From Raillietiella orientalis (lineage: Eukaryota), in NCBI GenBank assembly GCA_036172245.1, contig JAYWIR010000002.1, positions 3,844,001-3,908,000 on the forward strand: 64,000 nucleotides of DNA, given 5' to 3'. A model generated the notes under the pieces. The model had not been told where the DNA came from. It worked only from the letters and a program-made list of their open reading frames with translations, and did not search any database. Both the position numbers and the translations under genes were made by a program. Each line of letters opens with the position of its first letter. Position 1 is the first letter of the stretch. Below are positions 36,336 to 48,744 of this stretch, one piece after another.

Positions 36336-38254
36336 CACCGCATGGTGCCACGCACGGAAGCCTTAACCACAAAGCCTCTGACTTGGGCTGGGAAATTAAC
36401 TTCAAGCTTTCCTTCTCAGAAACATATGAAGCATTTCCAATGCGCATTGCTTTTGCCAAATCTATAGGTCAGAGGCAAAAGGAGCACCTGCAAAGTCCAC
36501 ATTCTGAGATGGATTGACTAATGCATGAATGGTACTCCTGACATTGCAATGTGAAGCGCATTGCCAGCATTCGGCAACCACTGAGATATCCTGCCCTATT
36601 TCGTTTTATTGATGTTCATGAAGAGTGATCACATTCCGGATAGTATCAAGAAATCCGTGATCGAAAGTGCTGCTGGTAGGCTCATCGCTCACTTCCTGTT
36701 CCTGTTGAGCTCCATCAGTTCGCTTGTGTCTCCGGCAAGGTTACTTCTTTTGAGGAAAGTTCAACTGATCGTCCTTAACAGTATTCTCAGTATTGAACAT
36801 TGTTTTCACCTGGTCATGCCAGGGCGTTTGTTTCTATGTTGAATACTGATGTGGGACTTTGAAAGAGGCTGCAGGTTTGTTTCACTGGATTTCCAAACTT
36901 CAATTCCGAGACCGATCGCAGCGGAGCAACGAAATGCAACCAGATTATCGTTGGCAAACAACTCTTCTGGGCTCAATTTTGGTTGCCTAGGTTTCTGCAG
37001 TGATCTTCACTCGTCTGATTATCTGAAACCTTATGTTGTGGGTTAAGGAAGGCAAAAACTTGCTAGACATTTGCCAACCACAAACCGCTGCATGTTTCCC
37101 AGTTAACCTTGAGACATCAAGAGACAGGTATGTAGCTACCGAGGCAGCGTACGCCTCATGTCACTCGCACGCTCTTTTCTGAGAAGTTCAAAATACGGCG
37201 ACTTTTCCTTCGCGTCTGCTTGCAACGATTGTTCTAGAGAAGAGTGGATGTGTTTTTGTATTCACGCGAAAGGCGCCAGATCTCCATTGGCACTGCATTA
37301 TTTGAGGCGTATGTAAAAGAGCCAGTTGGGAGTCCAGGCATCCACATGTGAGATAATGGTACTAGAGACGAAGGTGAGCGGAGGAAGAGAAGATTCCGTG
37401 ACCGTTCGTGGTAGACTCCGCTCTTTCTTAACGCAATGTTTCCGTCGCCGACCTCTCTCTCAACACGATTATTTGGTCTTATCCGCGTTCTGGGCACCAG
37501 GTCAGTTCTTCTGGAGTGAGGAGGAGAGAACAGGGGATCCAGCTTGTTTCTCGAATCTTTTGCCGCCTCCTGGCCATTCCGTGGGAGCCAACCGCGTCCT
37601 GTAAGCATTGCCTGAACCAAGCCTACTTTCCAAAAAAGGTTCTGTCCCACTATACGGGTTCAGTATTCCCAACCAATGAAGACCCTTCCCCATTCCTTCC
37701 TATCATGGGCAAAGGGAATAGGTAGCGTGTGCTGATCCTGTAGGAGTTCAACCCTCTCGAAACTGTGATTTCTCCAAACTCTTCAAGTTAGGGGTACTCC
37801 AGGAAGGGACCACTCTTTGAATCCAGAGAGTGCTCCTGAGAAAGGAGTTCGTTCCTCTCACGCTTGGGAGAGAGCCCCGAAGGGAACCTCTTCCTTGTTC
37901 TCTCTGGAGGGACCCCACGGATGGGCCGCTTCACTTTTTATTCTCCAGAGGGAACCTTTGCAGGTTCCTCCTCTAAAGACAACCCTGAAGGGATGTTTCC
38001 AAATTTTCTCTGAAAGTTCGCTCCCAAAGGGAGCAGCGCGCTTCTTGATCCTCTGGAGAGGCATCAATCCACCAGCTCCATGGTACGAGATGGTGGGGTT
38101 CCTTCCGAGGGAGATGGAGATGGCTCCACTTTCACAATATGGGGGGGACCTCGAAGGGAACCGGCTCCATGGTTCCTAAAAGCACCCCGGAAAGTCAACT
38201 TCCAATCCCGGTCACTCAGCGGAGGCATTCGGTTTCCGGCCTCCACCAGTGCCA

Positions 38255-41200
38255 GGGCGGCGGCCTAGGCCTCCTGACGCTGGAGCGGATGGAGCTGCAG
38301 CTCCAGTTCAGACACTTGCCCTCGTGGCAATCCTCTGGAGAACTACCTGGTGTCAACCTGCATGTCTTCTCGTGCAGCACGCCACCGGCAGCGTGGGACT
38401 GCGACCTTCCTTGCCCGCCGTCCACGCAGTCTCATCCGCTGCGCACTGCACCTTCAGCAGGTAACCACGCTGGCTAGGAAAAACAAATGAATCTCGTGCT
38501 GCCCCGCGAACGGTGGTACCTGGTTGCAAGGAACCGTGCGCAAGTGGGCGAGAATACAGGAGCCAAGCATGGAACAGGTGAGACGACGTTTCCTGTACAC
38601 GTGCAACGGCAACTGCACGCTCCGGGAGATCCTGGAAGATCCTGCGAAGAGTGCGTGACAAGCAGAACCTCTCTCGTCGCCGAGCTTCCCGTCCTTAGGA
38701 TAAACACATGGTCAGAAGCCTTACGGCTAGATGGGAAGGTACTATGGAAATGTCCGGAAGTAGAAAAGGAGTGGGCGAGTGGACGACGAACCAGCCCAAC
38801 GACGCCGCGATCCTGATTGCTCGAACTCGTGAACTTTTGCGCTGGGGCGTGCTACTGGGTATTCCGAAGGAAGTCACGCAGTAGCCCCCGGTGCTCATGA
38901 ACTCCCGCACCCTCCTCTTAAAGTGGCAGGAGTCGGCGTTGATTCTGCTGCACTGGGGTCTCCCGTGCAGGGAGTTCCCAAGGCAGCACTGGACACGTGG
39001 GTGTGTGGATTCAAACTATGCAAGGTGAGGGGAGCGGGAACCCTCCCACTCCTCCTAGTGGACTGTGTTGCCTTCCAAGGGATGATTTCCGGGACCCCCG
39101 GTGGCAACGCTAGAGATGTGATGCGGTTCCTTTGTGCGGGATGCCCTGCAGCCGGCCGCAGCACTTGCAGCACTTTGCTGCCTTCGTGGGATCGTGGCGG
39201 CATGGAGCGGACTCCAATGACAGGGATGCCATCCACTTCACTCTCCGCTTTTTATGAATAGCGGTCAGATGGTCCTACCTGGACATTTGTATAAAGCAAG
39301 ACCTTGCCGACATTCTCTAAAGGATGCAGAGAACCGCTCCCTACAGGACGTGATTCCTTCCCGCCCCACCGCCCCCAGAATTGTTTTATTTTTGTTTTGT
39401 TTGCTTTCTTTTTGTTTAGCCCGTCCCCTCTGCTGTCTTGGTGATCTTTATCGGTCTGCGAACCGGTAACACAGCAGATTATCAGCAGGTAACACTTGTG
39501 GGAGGGGCAGTCCGACTGGATCCGCCTGGGGATTCCGACCGCTTCGTCCATCCAATATCTGGGCGTTCCGCTGGGGAACATCAGCCCAGTGGAAGTGTGG
39601 TCGGACTGCCTTTGGAAGGCTACGAGTGCTCTGAGCCCGTTCCACCATGGCAGGTTCGTCCTGCCGGAGCGGGCCGCGATATGGAACACCTTCGTTGCCC
39701 CCCTCTTGCGCCCCCTGCTTTTTGTTTGCCCGCTTCCCTACTCGGCCAAGCTCCAGGCGCACAGCCTGTTGAGGAACGCTCTGTGGGGACCTGCGAGGTC
39801 CAGGATCCGCCTCAAAGACTTGGCGGCTCAGCGTCGGGATGCTGGCTTAGGCATCCTGACGCTGGAGAGAATCGAGCTGCAGGTGCAGCTTCGGATGTTG
39901 GCCCTGTGCGCCAACCTTTGGTCCACTCCGTGGTGCGCTCCCACGCGCCTGCTCCTGCGGCGCTGCACCGGCAGCGATGGACTTCTGTCGCTCCGGCCGC
40001 ACACGGAGCGCTCCACGAATAGCTTCGGTTTCCCCTTGAAACCGCTCTACCGGCTCCTGGAAGCCCAGGAATGGATCTCCTGCCGCCCAACGAACTTTGA
40101 CGCCTGGCGGCACGAACCGTTGCATGCCTGGGCAAAGCACCAGGATGTTTCACTCCTGGAACTCCGTTGAGCTCACCTCTCCCCGTACTGCACGGTGGAT
40201 GAGGTGTGCAACAGCCAGGAGAAGTGGACTCGCCTGGCCATCACGCCCCTCGCCGACGCGCTGTCAGCCCTCAGGGCAAGAGATGACAGCTGCGAACCGG
40301 CGAGATGGGAAGTCGCCTGCACCATCGCAGGAACAACACGACCCATAGGCGGCTGGAGGACTTGCGAGCTGGCAGACGCAGCCACGCCTCGCTACATCCC
40401 GAAGGGACTCCTTCGATGGAGTGAACACTTGAGTGTGGCCCCCGAAGAACTTGTGGTCCCTCCCTCCTGTTTGAACACTTCTGTGTTCCCCCTTTCGTGG
40501 AAGCAGGACGTGATCATGCTGGTGCATTGGGGTTTTCACTCCAACCAGCGCACGAACCGTGTTTCCGGGGGAGTTGTCTCCCCAAACTGCAAGCGGTGCG
40601 GGGAAGTGGAAACGCTCCCGCACCTGCTCCTGGACTGCGGTGCCCTCCTAGGACTTTGGCGGAGGCTGGCCTCAGCTCTCCTGCACCAGGGGGACACCGT
40701 GAGAGACTTGATGCGCCGCTTCTTCACGCCAGGCGGCCTGTCTTTGGGTGCTCTCGTTGCAACCGTGTGTTGCACCCGCGCCGTCGACAAGGCCCACCGA
40801 GAGCTGGAGAAGCTGGCCATCCTTCGTCAGCCCACCGGATTAGCCAGCGCAAGCATGTCGTCGGCTGCCGAGTGGGCCCATCTGCCAGAGGACGTGAGGA
40901 GAGAGATCGCCGGCATCCATCGCCGGTTTTGAAAGGAAGGAACGGACTCACCAAAGACCCCTGTCCCCTGCCCTCCATATTTTTATTTTTATTTTTTTAC
41001 AGTAGTGTATATGTGGTCCCCTCCCTCCCGTTCCGGACTTTTGGCATACCGACCTGCGTGTCGGGGATCCCACCCCCTTCGTCTCTTGTTTTTCCTTTGT
41101 CCAGGAACTCTGTTCCCGGATAGTTTCTTAATAAACGCCCCGGCGTACCCGGGTGATAAACAGCAGATTATCCGCAGAAAGGACGTGGTAGGATCAACGG

Positions 41201-41270
41201 TCCAACCACAAAAATTGTAAATGTTTATTTTATTTTAAATAAACACCCCAGCGAACCCGTGTGAAAAGCT
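38255..41270 (+). mobile_element. 5'-truncated, decayed LINE copy (outer), probable 7-bp TSD
   Basis: agtgcca at 38248-38254 and 41271-41277. Encodes GGLGLLTLERMELQLQFR and LLLVDCVA. The 3' UTR resumes at 41178 and ends aataaacaccccagcgaacccgtgtgaaaa. Confidence 0.8.
39489..41159 (+). mobile_element. Younger 5'-truncated LINE (diverged subfamily) inserted in the 3' UTR of the outer copy, 18-bp TSD
   Basis: acagcagattatcagcag (39471-39488) vs acagcagattatccgcag (41160-41177). ORF2 frame 39496-40932 has a single in-frame TGA (40168-40170), QYLGVPL and CKRCGEVETLPHLLLDC. Ends aataaacgccccggcgtacccgggtgata. Confidence 0.92.
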
Positions 41271-41382
41271 AGTGCCACACCCGAATATAGGCCAACAGAG
41301 TTATCTTGCATGGGGAACTCGAACCCATTTCGAGTTCCACTCGAGCCCACAACGCACCCATTTCTCTGGCATCGATCCTCTA

Positions 41383-41870
41383 TTTTCACCCGGTCACTCC
41401 GGCGTATTTATTGTAAAAAAAAATATTTACAAAAAAAAAACAGTTATAAAATATAAAAATGCCTTTCTTCGCGTTAGTTTCACTTCGTAGTGGCGTCGAT
41501 TCTCCACGTGGAGATACAAACCCGCAATGCTTGGTACCATGCGCGGAGGCCTCAGCCACACGGCCGCCAACGTGGGCGTGTCTATGGCAATCCGTAAGAC
41601 ATGTTGGCAGAGATCTCGTTCCAAGTCGCCGACTGAAGGTGACAGAGATTCTCTTGAAACTCCTGCACTTCTGGACGAGAGACCTCCCAGGAGACTTCTG
41701 CTGACCTGCAATGCCCAAGACTGTGGTGCTTTTATCGTATCCAGCTACCACTTTTCTGGGGAGGAACGGGGGGCATCCTGCAGATGCTGAGGCAGCAGCA
41801 ATCGGGCATTGCTCGAAGGAACCGGGGTTCGCGGTGCGCTCTCTGCGTCCAGACCAAGCTCCTTGTCCCT
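41383..41870 (-). mobile_element. Decayed antisense LINE 3' fragment
   Basis: Minus-strand terminus aataaatacgccggagtgaccgggtgaaaa. Peptide GGLS...DLE...LAAVWLRPP...IAGLY aligns with GGLS...ELE...SAAEWAHLP...IAGIH of the 39489-41159 copy. Confidence 0.7.
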
Positions 41871-44800
41871 CCTAACAACCTCTAGAAGTACGCGGGATGG
41901 AACAGTTCTTCCTTCCTTTCTCTCTTTGGAGGGATGAGAATGCTCCTCTGCCCTCCATCTGTGGAGACCGCAGCAACAGCAGCAGCAGCAGCAGCCAGTG
42001 TTTGGTTCCCCTCTTCCTTTCCTCTTCTGACCGACGTCTTCGCGTCTTCTCCTTCCGGTCCCCAGTTGACCTCATTGTTGTTTTAGCTTGGAGAAAGAGT
42101 TTCAGAGATTAGAAGCGGGAGAGGGGAGCTTTCAAGTTGCCTGATGAGGTGCGTTTCTGCGGCGAAGGACTGTCCTCTTCCTTGCACTCCTGTTCCACGA
42201 ATTGACAGCTTGCTTCAAGAGACGTTTTGAGGTCCCCATACAGTGAAACTGACCTGTGTCGCATGGGGGAGGAGGACCTCGGAGGGAGCAACAGCAGCAG
42301 CAGAGCTGCAGGCAGCAGGAGCGGTTTTTCCCCAGGTCCGACAAACGATGGGGTAAATTTATTAAGCGACATTGGTTCACAGGTAACACATTGTTGCAGA
42401 CACTTTCCCAAGTGTTCCTGCACACAACACTTCAAATCAGCAGTTGTCACATTCTGCGTTCACTTTGGAAAACATTCCTCTGGTGGAGGAGGAGGCACCA
42501 GGGTCTGCTGGCCAGTCCACTCACTTGGGTCACTTCTGCCATCTTTTTCAAGATGTATCGGTAAGTCCAGTCGGATATCCTGCCGCAGTTCCTGATCCCC
42601 GTCTTCCTCTTGAAAACTCCTTGGACGATGGTCGCTTCAGGTGCTTTCGCTCCGGTGCTCCTCATCTTTGTCCTTCTTTGTCGCGATGCTCGTGGTGAAG
42701 AGGGCGATGGTGGTGCGAACCATGAGGTTGTATCGGGGGAGCGTTCCCGTCCTTTTCAAGCTTTGTTGCCAGGGTCTCCACCTTCGTGCTCGCCTGCAGG
42801 CCGGTCAACGCCTTCAGCCTTGTCCGATATTGGCGCCACGTCGTGCAGGTGGGAAACGTGGAGCCGGGTTTCCCTGTCTGCACGGGCCCTTGCAGAGCTC
42901 CTCTCGGCCGCTTCCCCAGTCATTATTTCGATAGGGAGCCGCTTAGGATGCCTATGTGGTGAAGCATTGGCAGGTGATCCTCAGTGTCCAATGGTGAATC
43001 CGCCTCCCATGGGGTCATCCCAACCGCCAACGAATCCGCCTTCTGGATCACCTTGAGGTTGGCGGCCGTGTTCATTAGGTCCAGTCTGTGTCCTCAGACG
43101 GTTCCCGTCTTCATCCTTGTCGCTGCGGAAGGAGTGGCTCCCGCTGCCGCGACGGTGCGAAGAAAAGGCGACAAGAATCCGGGATGCTGTTTCAAGCAAA
43201 GTCACTACGCTCGAGGCATTCGGAATTCATTGACCCGAACTGTGAGGTGTGCACTCCTTGCCTCCCCCTTCCCCCTTCTTTAACCAAAAGAAAGGTCTCT
43301 GGAGTCTTTGCAGAAAAAGGACGATGAAGAGTGCGGTGCAGAGCGCCTCAAGTCAGCGCCGAGAGAGGGCAGAGGAAGAGGAGAAGGAGCAGCGCGGATA
43401 TCCTGTTGAGTCCTCAGACGCTTCCGACAGGCGGGAGACCCCCCCCTCCCCACGGAAGAAACTGAGTGACCCGGTGATCCTGCTTTATCCTTTCCCCCCC
43501 CTCGCGGCCGATACCCAGTGCGGGAAATGTCCGCGGAGATCCTGGAAGGCGGCACGCGCTCGACCGCACGCCTCAGGGACGTCCAGGGGGAGCTGGCGAG
43601 AGACTGTCGCTTCGGACGGCGTGGGAGGTCGATGTGCGAACGGAGGGATCTGCTGGAAGACACCTCAAGGAGGGTCAAGGGAGAAAGCGGAGTGCAGGAC
43701 CGGCAGCAACAGAGAGCGACGGTCAATTGCAGACTGGACGGAGCGTCAAAGTGGGCGAGATCACCCCAGAAGGGAGGAGGAGGAGGAAAGGACCAGTGGC
43801 GAAGTCGGAGGAAGGCCAGGAGAACCGTCAGAAGATCGCGCGCGCGCATTCGTCCAACAGTAGGGAGGGGTTGCCCCGCGGAAGGGCCTCGACCCCCTCT
43901 CGTTCCCAAGAGGGACAGGGGGTGTCCTACCAGTGCTCCTCCTTGCTTGCTCGCTCCTTCTTCTTTTGAAGATCAAGCAGCGGCAGGTCAGCAGATCTTC
44001 CATGGCACCTCGCTGGAACCTTCGTGGGCACCAGCGAGTCGAGCGCATGTGGTTCGGATGCTGCGGAGGTTACCACAGGAAGGAGGGAGGGAACCTGCCT
44101 ATGACGGGATGAATTCCACCAAATGCAACGCGGCGCGCCTTCCACGTTTCCCTCCTCCCTCCTTCCCTCTTGTTCTTGCACAGGGGCACGCCCGTGACCG
44201 AAAACCCTCGATGTGGCTGCCGCCGCTCCCCTTTCAGGGAGACCTCAGGGAGGAAAGAAAGAATGGTCACTGTTGATCCAAGGAGGATGCTACGAGGGCA
44301 GAAACCTCTCCGGTGGTCATGGGAAAGCGTACCCTCCGTGGGGGTTCCGGCACCTCTGGCCGAGGAGGAGGAAGCCGCGACCTCTCTCCTTTCGAAGAAC
44401 ACTCCCTCCCCCTCTTACTCTGACCGCTCTGGGAGGTTCTCCGTCCGGAGGGGAGCTAGACAGTGATGGCTTCTCCTCCCCACAAAGGGATCGTGCAACC
44501 GGTCCTACCGTTAGGGACAGCCTCTGGAGCCCCTATATTACTTTGCTCTTTCAGTCCAGCGGGCAGCTTCCGAGCTCGGAATGCTCCAGATTTCGCCTCC
44601 AGTCTACCCGCCACCGATGGATTCCTAGGTCGCCGTCCGGGAAGCAGCACGCGCGCGCTGATCTATCCCCTCAGTGCAACCGCTCCCTGACAAAGGGTTC
44701 ACCTGCAGACGAGCAGCAAAGCTCAGTCTGTGGAAGCCTCTGGAAACCGTGGCAGTCCGTATACCCCCCCCCCCCCCCTTCCTCTGCGCTCCCGCGATTC

Positions 44801-45249
44801 CGTCCACCTTTTGTCGCTAAGGATGCAAAATGGCTGCGGAGATCCTTGCAGCCACAGGGGAAGGGAGAAAGGAAGGAGAGAAGGGAGTCGAAGCGGTCCC
44901 GCCGGAGTATGGACTGTTCCACAGAGGCACCGGCGTCCGAATGCCCGGAGGCGCGTTTCGAGGACGCACTAACGATGCTGGATGCCCCTCTCTTACTCAG
45001 CAGACAGGAGCGGCGATAACCCCGCGCGGGCGGGTCACCCACGAGAGCCGAGCTGCCCCCCGATCGTAAACGGGGACGCGGGGAGAAGGAGGAGAGGTCA
45101 GGATCTTTCCGGAATTATCGCGGATGGGGTTAGGAGTCATTCTTCAGCGAGGCAAGGAGGCTGCGAGCGCAAGGAAGAGGAGCGGGAAAAGGGGGGGGGG
45201 GAAACGAGGATTATCGCAAAATCCCGGTTGCCAAGGTTGCGGAAAGAAG

Positions 45250-46550
45250 TGAGAAGCCTCCACTCCTTGGAACCCTCACCGCCTTGCCCTGCTCTGATGC
45301 TCGCCGGAGGAAAGGTACTTCCGGATAAGTTCGGAGAGCTCCTCTGGGAGTCTCGGCTGACCTTCTCGGAGGACCGTGCTCCTCGCCCCGAGGTCTCGAG
45401 GAGGCTGCGAGTTGGCTCCTCCGCCCGCCGGGCTACTCGCTCGTCCGCTTCCTCTCCCGGATCCGGGAGTAGAGCAAGAGGCGGTTGGCCCTCCACGGCC
45501 GCGTCCTCTCACGGGACGAAAGGCACGGCGGTCGGAAGAAGAAGAGGGCGCGGCGGGCCCGTCGTCTCCGGGGAAACGTGGAAACCTCCCAAAACCTCTT
45601 CGAGGACTCCTGCAACTTGGCGCCTCCTCCGGCAATTCGAGAGCCAGGTTCTTCCCGCTCGGCAAGCTCTCCACCCTGTCTCTTCCTCCCCATTGAGGTT
45701 CTCACGGTGGCCGCTTGGAACGTTGTCCGGAACCGTCGCGGGTTCGTCCTGTCAACGGAGCTGCCCGAAGTACCACCTTCCTGCCTTTCCCACGTATCTG
45801 TCAGAGGAGGTCCGAGGAGGCGAGGGAAGGCGAGAGCAGAGGCGTCACTTGCATACCGCTCAGCAGAAATAAATGTCTTCCTCCCCCCCTCTCCCCCACT
45901 GCTGACCTCGAAAACTTCCAGCACTCGGAAAGCAAAGACGAAGTCGTCACCCGCGGGCGACAAAGCATTTGTTGCCAGGGCCATGCATGGAGGGAGCGCA
46001 CGGACGCGAGTGCTCCTGGCATCGCGTGGGAAAGGATGCGACGAGGTTGCCTCGGAGGTTCTGCGCAATCGGCCTGGGGAGTCTCCTTGATGCATCGCCT
46101 TGGTCCTTGGGCAGCACCGCTGCTGCATGCGCAGTCGAGAGTTCCTTCCCCCTTCTCTCTCCTGGCTCGACAGCGCTGTCAGAATGCAAGGGCACTGGAG
46201 ACTTCATTTCTTCCCTGAGGCGGTTGTCCTGACAACGGAAAGGTTCGGAATGCAAATCAGGCGGGTTGCGAAGCACGCTGGCTAAGCACGCTCCCCGGTC
46301 TGGAGTGCGCTCGCTCCCTGCTGGCGCCACCTTCTCGATGCGGCGAACTTCTCGACCAGCGTCTTCGACCAACCCTCGCCAGAAGGCACCTTCCCCTTCT
46401 CTGACAGATACGTCGGAATCCCGGAATCCCACAACCACCGTACACGGTCGCATCTTCTTCCCCTTCCTCAGAGAGGAGGAGGGCGCTGTGCGGCGGACGA
46501 ATAGATGCTACCCTCTCCCCCCATTCTGTGGGGCAGAGCACACCTGGTCT
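45250..46550 (+). mobile_element. Decayed LINE remnant (ORF1 end, APE start, RT trace)
   Basis: GRKKKRARRARR followed by EVLTVAAWNV (APE N-terminal motif), the same order as at 14400-14640. Possible LSPIL RT trace at ~46510. Confidence 0.55.
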
Positions 46551-46959
46551 GGTCGCTTCCCCGAGAGCGCAGGCACACACGTCGCATCCGAACGTCCTCT
46601 GCGTCGATCCGGCTTGCTCAGAGGGCCTCAACCCCCGGTGCGCCCCCGTGGAAACCAGCTCGCACCGGTACAGGGGCACCATGTGACAGGGAAGGCACTC
46701 TCCCGGCATTGCAGAAGTCTAGAAGGTGTGTTCCCGGGGGGAAACCCGGCGTGGCTAGCCGCTCAGCGACGGCCCTTTTTGCTCTCAGACTCCGGAAGGA
46801 ATCCTAGACTGCCCACCGGCGACGTGTCAAGTGACGTGCCACCGTGCACTCATCCATTCGTAAGAGCAGGAGAAAGAATCTCCGTTTGGCAGCCAGCCAG
46901 CAGCAGTCTCTCCTCGAGGGACCGCCTTCCGCCCTGCCTCCCTGGTCTAAGTTCGGAAA

Positions 46960-47470
46960 GCACCTCCTAGTAGACGCTCACTTGACTTGACGGCGACGGG
47001 CAAGTTGCGGCAAGCGACGATTCCTCCTGGTTCCCGGGTAACCAACACACCCAAACAAGGGTGGGAAGGAGTTCCTGGAACGACCGCAGCTCGTGCCAGT
47101 TATGTGCGCTCGAAGCTAGGAATCCTAGGGAACTCCACAGAGCCTCGAGCAAACCAGAGCGGAACGCGTTCCTAGGAGCCACTCCCAAGGCGCCTACCCT
47201 GCTGCAGGGGTCCTGCATCGCGCGATCCGACCCCGATGAAGGAAGGAATTCCGAAGGAAGGAACATGCTGCTCGTAAGGTGTCCGGCTGCAAGTCTTGCT
47301 GCTTGCATCCCTGCACCGGTTTCCAGCCCCTTAGACAGAGGATTCTCGAAAAAAGGAGGAAGATCTTTTGCATGCTCGCTGAGCTCACAAGCGCGATGCA
47401 GTACCCATGCTCTCAAGTCAAGGCGTTGGGGCTTTTTCGGGGATGCGCCAGCCTCGAACCCCATCGCACT
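46960..47470 (-). mobile_element. Possible decayed LINE ORF2 C-terminal fragment
   Basis: LLEALWSSLG...TLVWVC weakly resembles LRPLWERFGTTLG...ALVATVC of other copies. Confidence 0.3.
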
Positions 47471-48260
47471 GCACTGAGTGAGAGGCTGTTTGGAGCATGA
47501 AGCCTCCGGGAAATACGAAAATTACCGCCCTTGCAGTTCCTCATCAACGAATCTGTCGACCGAGAGAGCGCAAGGAGCACCGGAGTGGTTACGACAAGGA
47601 TGTCGAAAATTCGAACTAAAACCGCGTGACGGTAAGCTCGAATGGAATCAAAAGGAAGCCAGCAATATTTCGTTTGCACCCTCCCCCCCCCAAAAAAAAG
47701 CAAAGTTTCGAGCAGGTGCTTTTGTGATTTTTTTCCACCGCTTCATACGTTGATTCAGTGTGTAAACTGTGTTATATGTACGTCATGTACGTAAAAGACA
47801 TTCGTCGAATGTGTCGCGCGAAAGTCCCGCGCAATGGCGACGAATCAAACGAAGGAAAGTGATTCTGAAACACTGATACATCGATGAAGATCAGTGTTTG
47901 CGACACATCTGTGGCGGCAGCTATCGTGTAAGAAAAAGACCGAGCAGCAATGGCTTCGGTTTTCCGTTTAAGAAGTGGACCGTGGGGATGACCACTGTTG
48001 AAATCCGGGAAAGCCAATCGTGCCCAAGCTAGTCGAGCTAGCAGTGACTCCACATGGTTGAACATTCAAATTTTTTTTTTTTTTTATTCTAGGAAATCGA
48101 GGTCTGCTCTCGTGTGGAAAACAACGAAATCCTCCTTTTGAACTTGTTTATGCACATTTACAAGAAACCACTGACAAAATCAAGTTACAACGTCTTTGGG
48201 TTTGTGGAAGACTGGGTAATTTTGCAGAGCTCTGAGTGAATTTCGGAAGACCGAAAAACT

Positions 48261-48467
48261 TTGGAAGACTTGCGTCACTTTGGAAGACTCGCGTCACTCT
48301 GGAAGACTCGTGTCACTTTGGAAGACTTGCGTCACTTTGGAAGACTCGTGTCACTTTGGAAGATTCGCGTCGCTTGGAAGACTTGCGTCACTTTGGAAGA
48401 CTTGCGTCACTTTGGAAGACTCGTGTCACTTTGGAAGATTCGCGTCGCTTGGAAGACCCAGCTCGCT
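48261..48467. repeat. 19-bp minisatellite (ttggaagacttgcgtcact), ~11 units
   Basis: Ten full units (two are 18-bp variants) plus one degenerate unit, with no unique spacers. Confidence 0.95.
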
Positions 48468-48744
48468 GAATACAAGAGGACTTCCTGGAAGCTGAATTTC
48501 TAAAACTTTACAAGCACTGAATCCTCTGATAACTCCTTTCTCCTTTCCGAAGCAATCTTCTGTTGATGAATGTCTCTTGCTGTCAAACAGGAACATCTTC
48601 CAGAGATGCAGATACAATTTCGTCCTCTTCTTTTTTTTTCGCCCCCAGAACGTTTAGGCATTATACCAAAACCGCAAACTTTTTTTGTATCAAAAACACG
48701 GACAAAAGGAACACACAAAGAAGAGGTGAGCCATGAGAGACAAT

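Larger units (their letters stand above)
37740..41330 (+). repeat. Family B repeat split by nested LINE insertions (pieces 37740-38254 and 41271-41330)
   Basis: Removing 38255-41277 restores ccaccagtgccacacccgaatatagg...gcatggggaactcgaaccca, colinear with ccgccggtgccacgcccgaatgactagg...gcaggaggaactcggaaccca at ~36230-36294. Confidence 0.75.

Noticed and set aside
41383-43200. Non-autonomous SINE-like passenger borrowing the LINE hairpin tail
   Set aside because: The sequence next to the hairpin translates into a decayed homologue of the LINE ORF2 C-terminus, so it is an ordinary old copy; 41900-43200 could not be assigned.
43249-45100. Long Arg/Gly/Pro-rich ORFs
   Set aside because: Open in several frames at once with no motif; likely decayed GC-rich repeat DNA.
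48261-48467. CRISPR-like array
   Set aside because: Units are contiguous with no unique spacers, there are no cas genes, and the context is eukaryotic.
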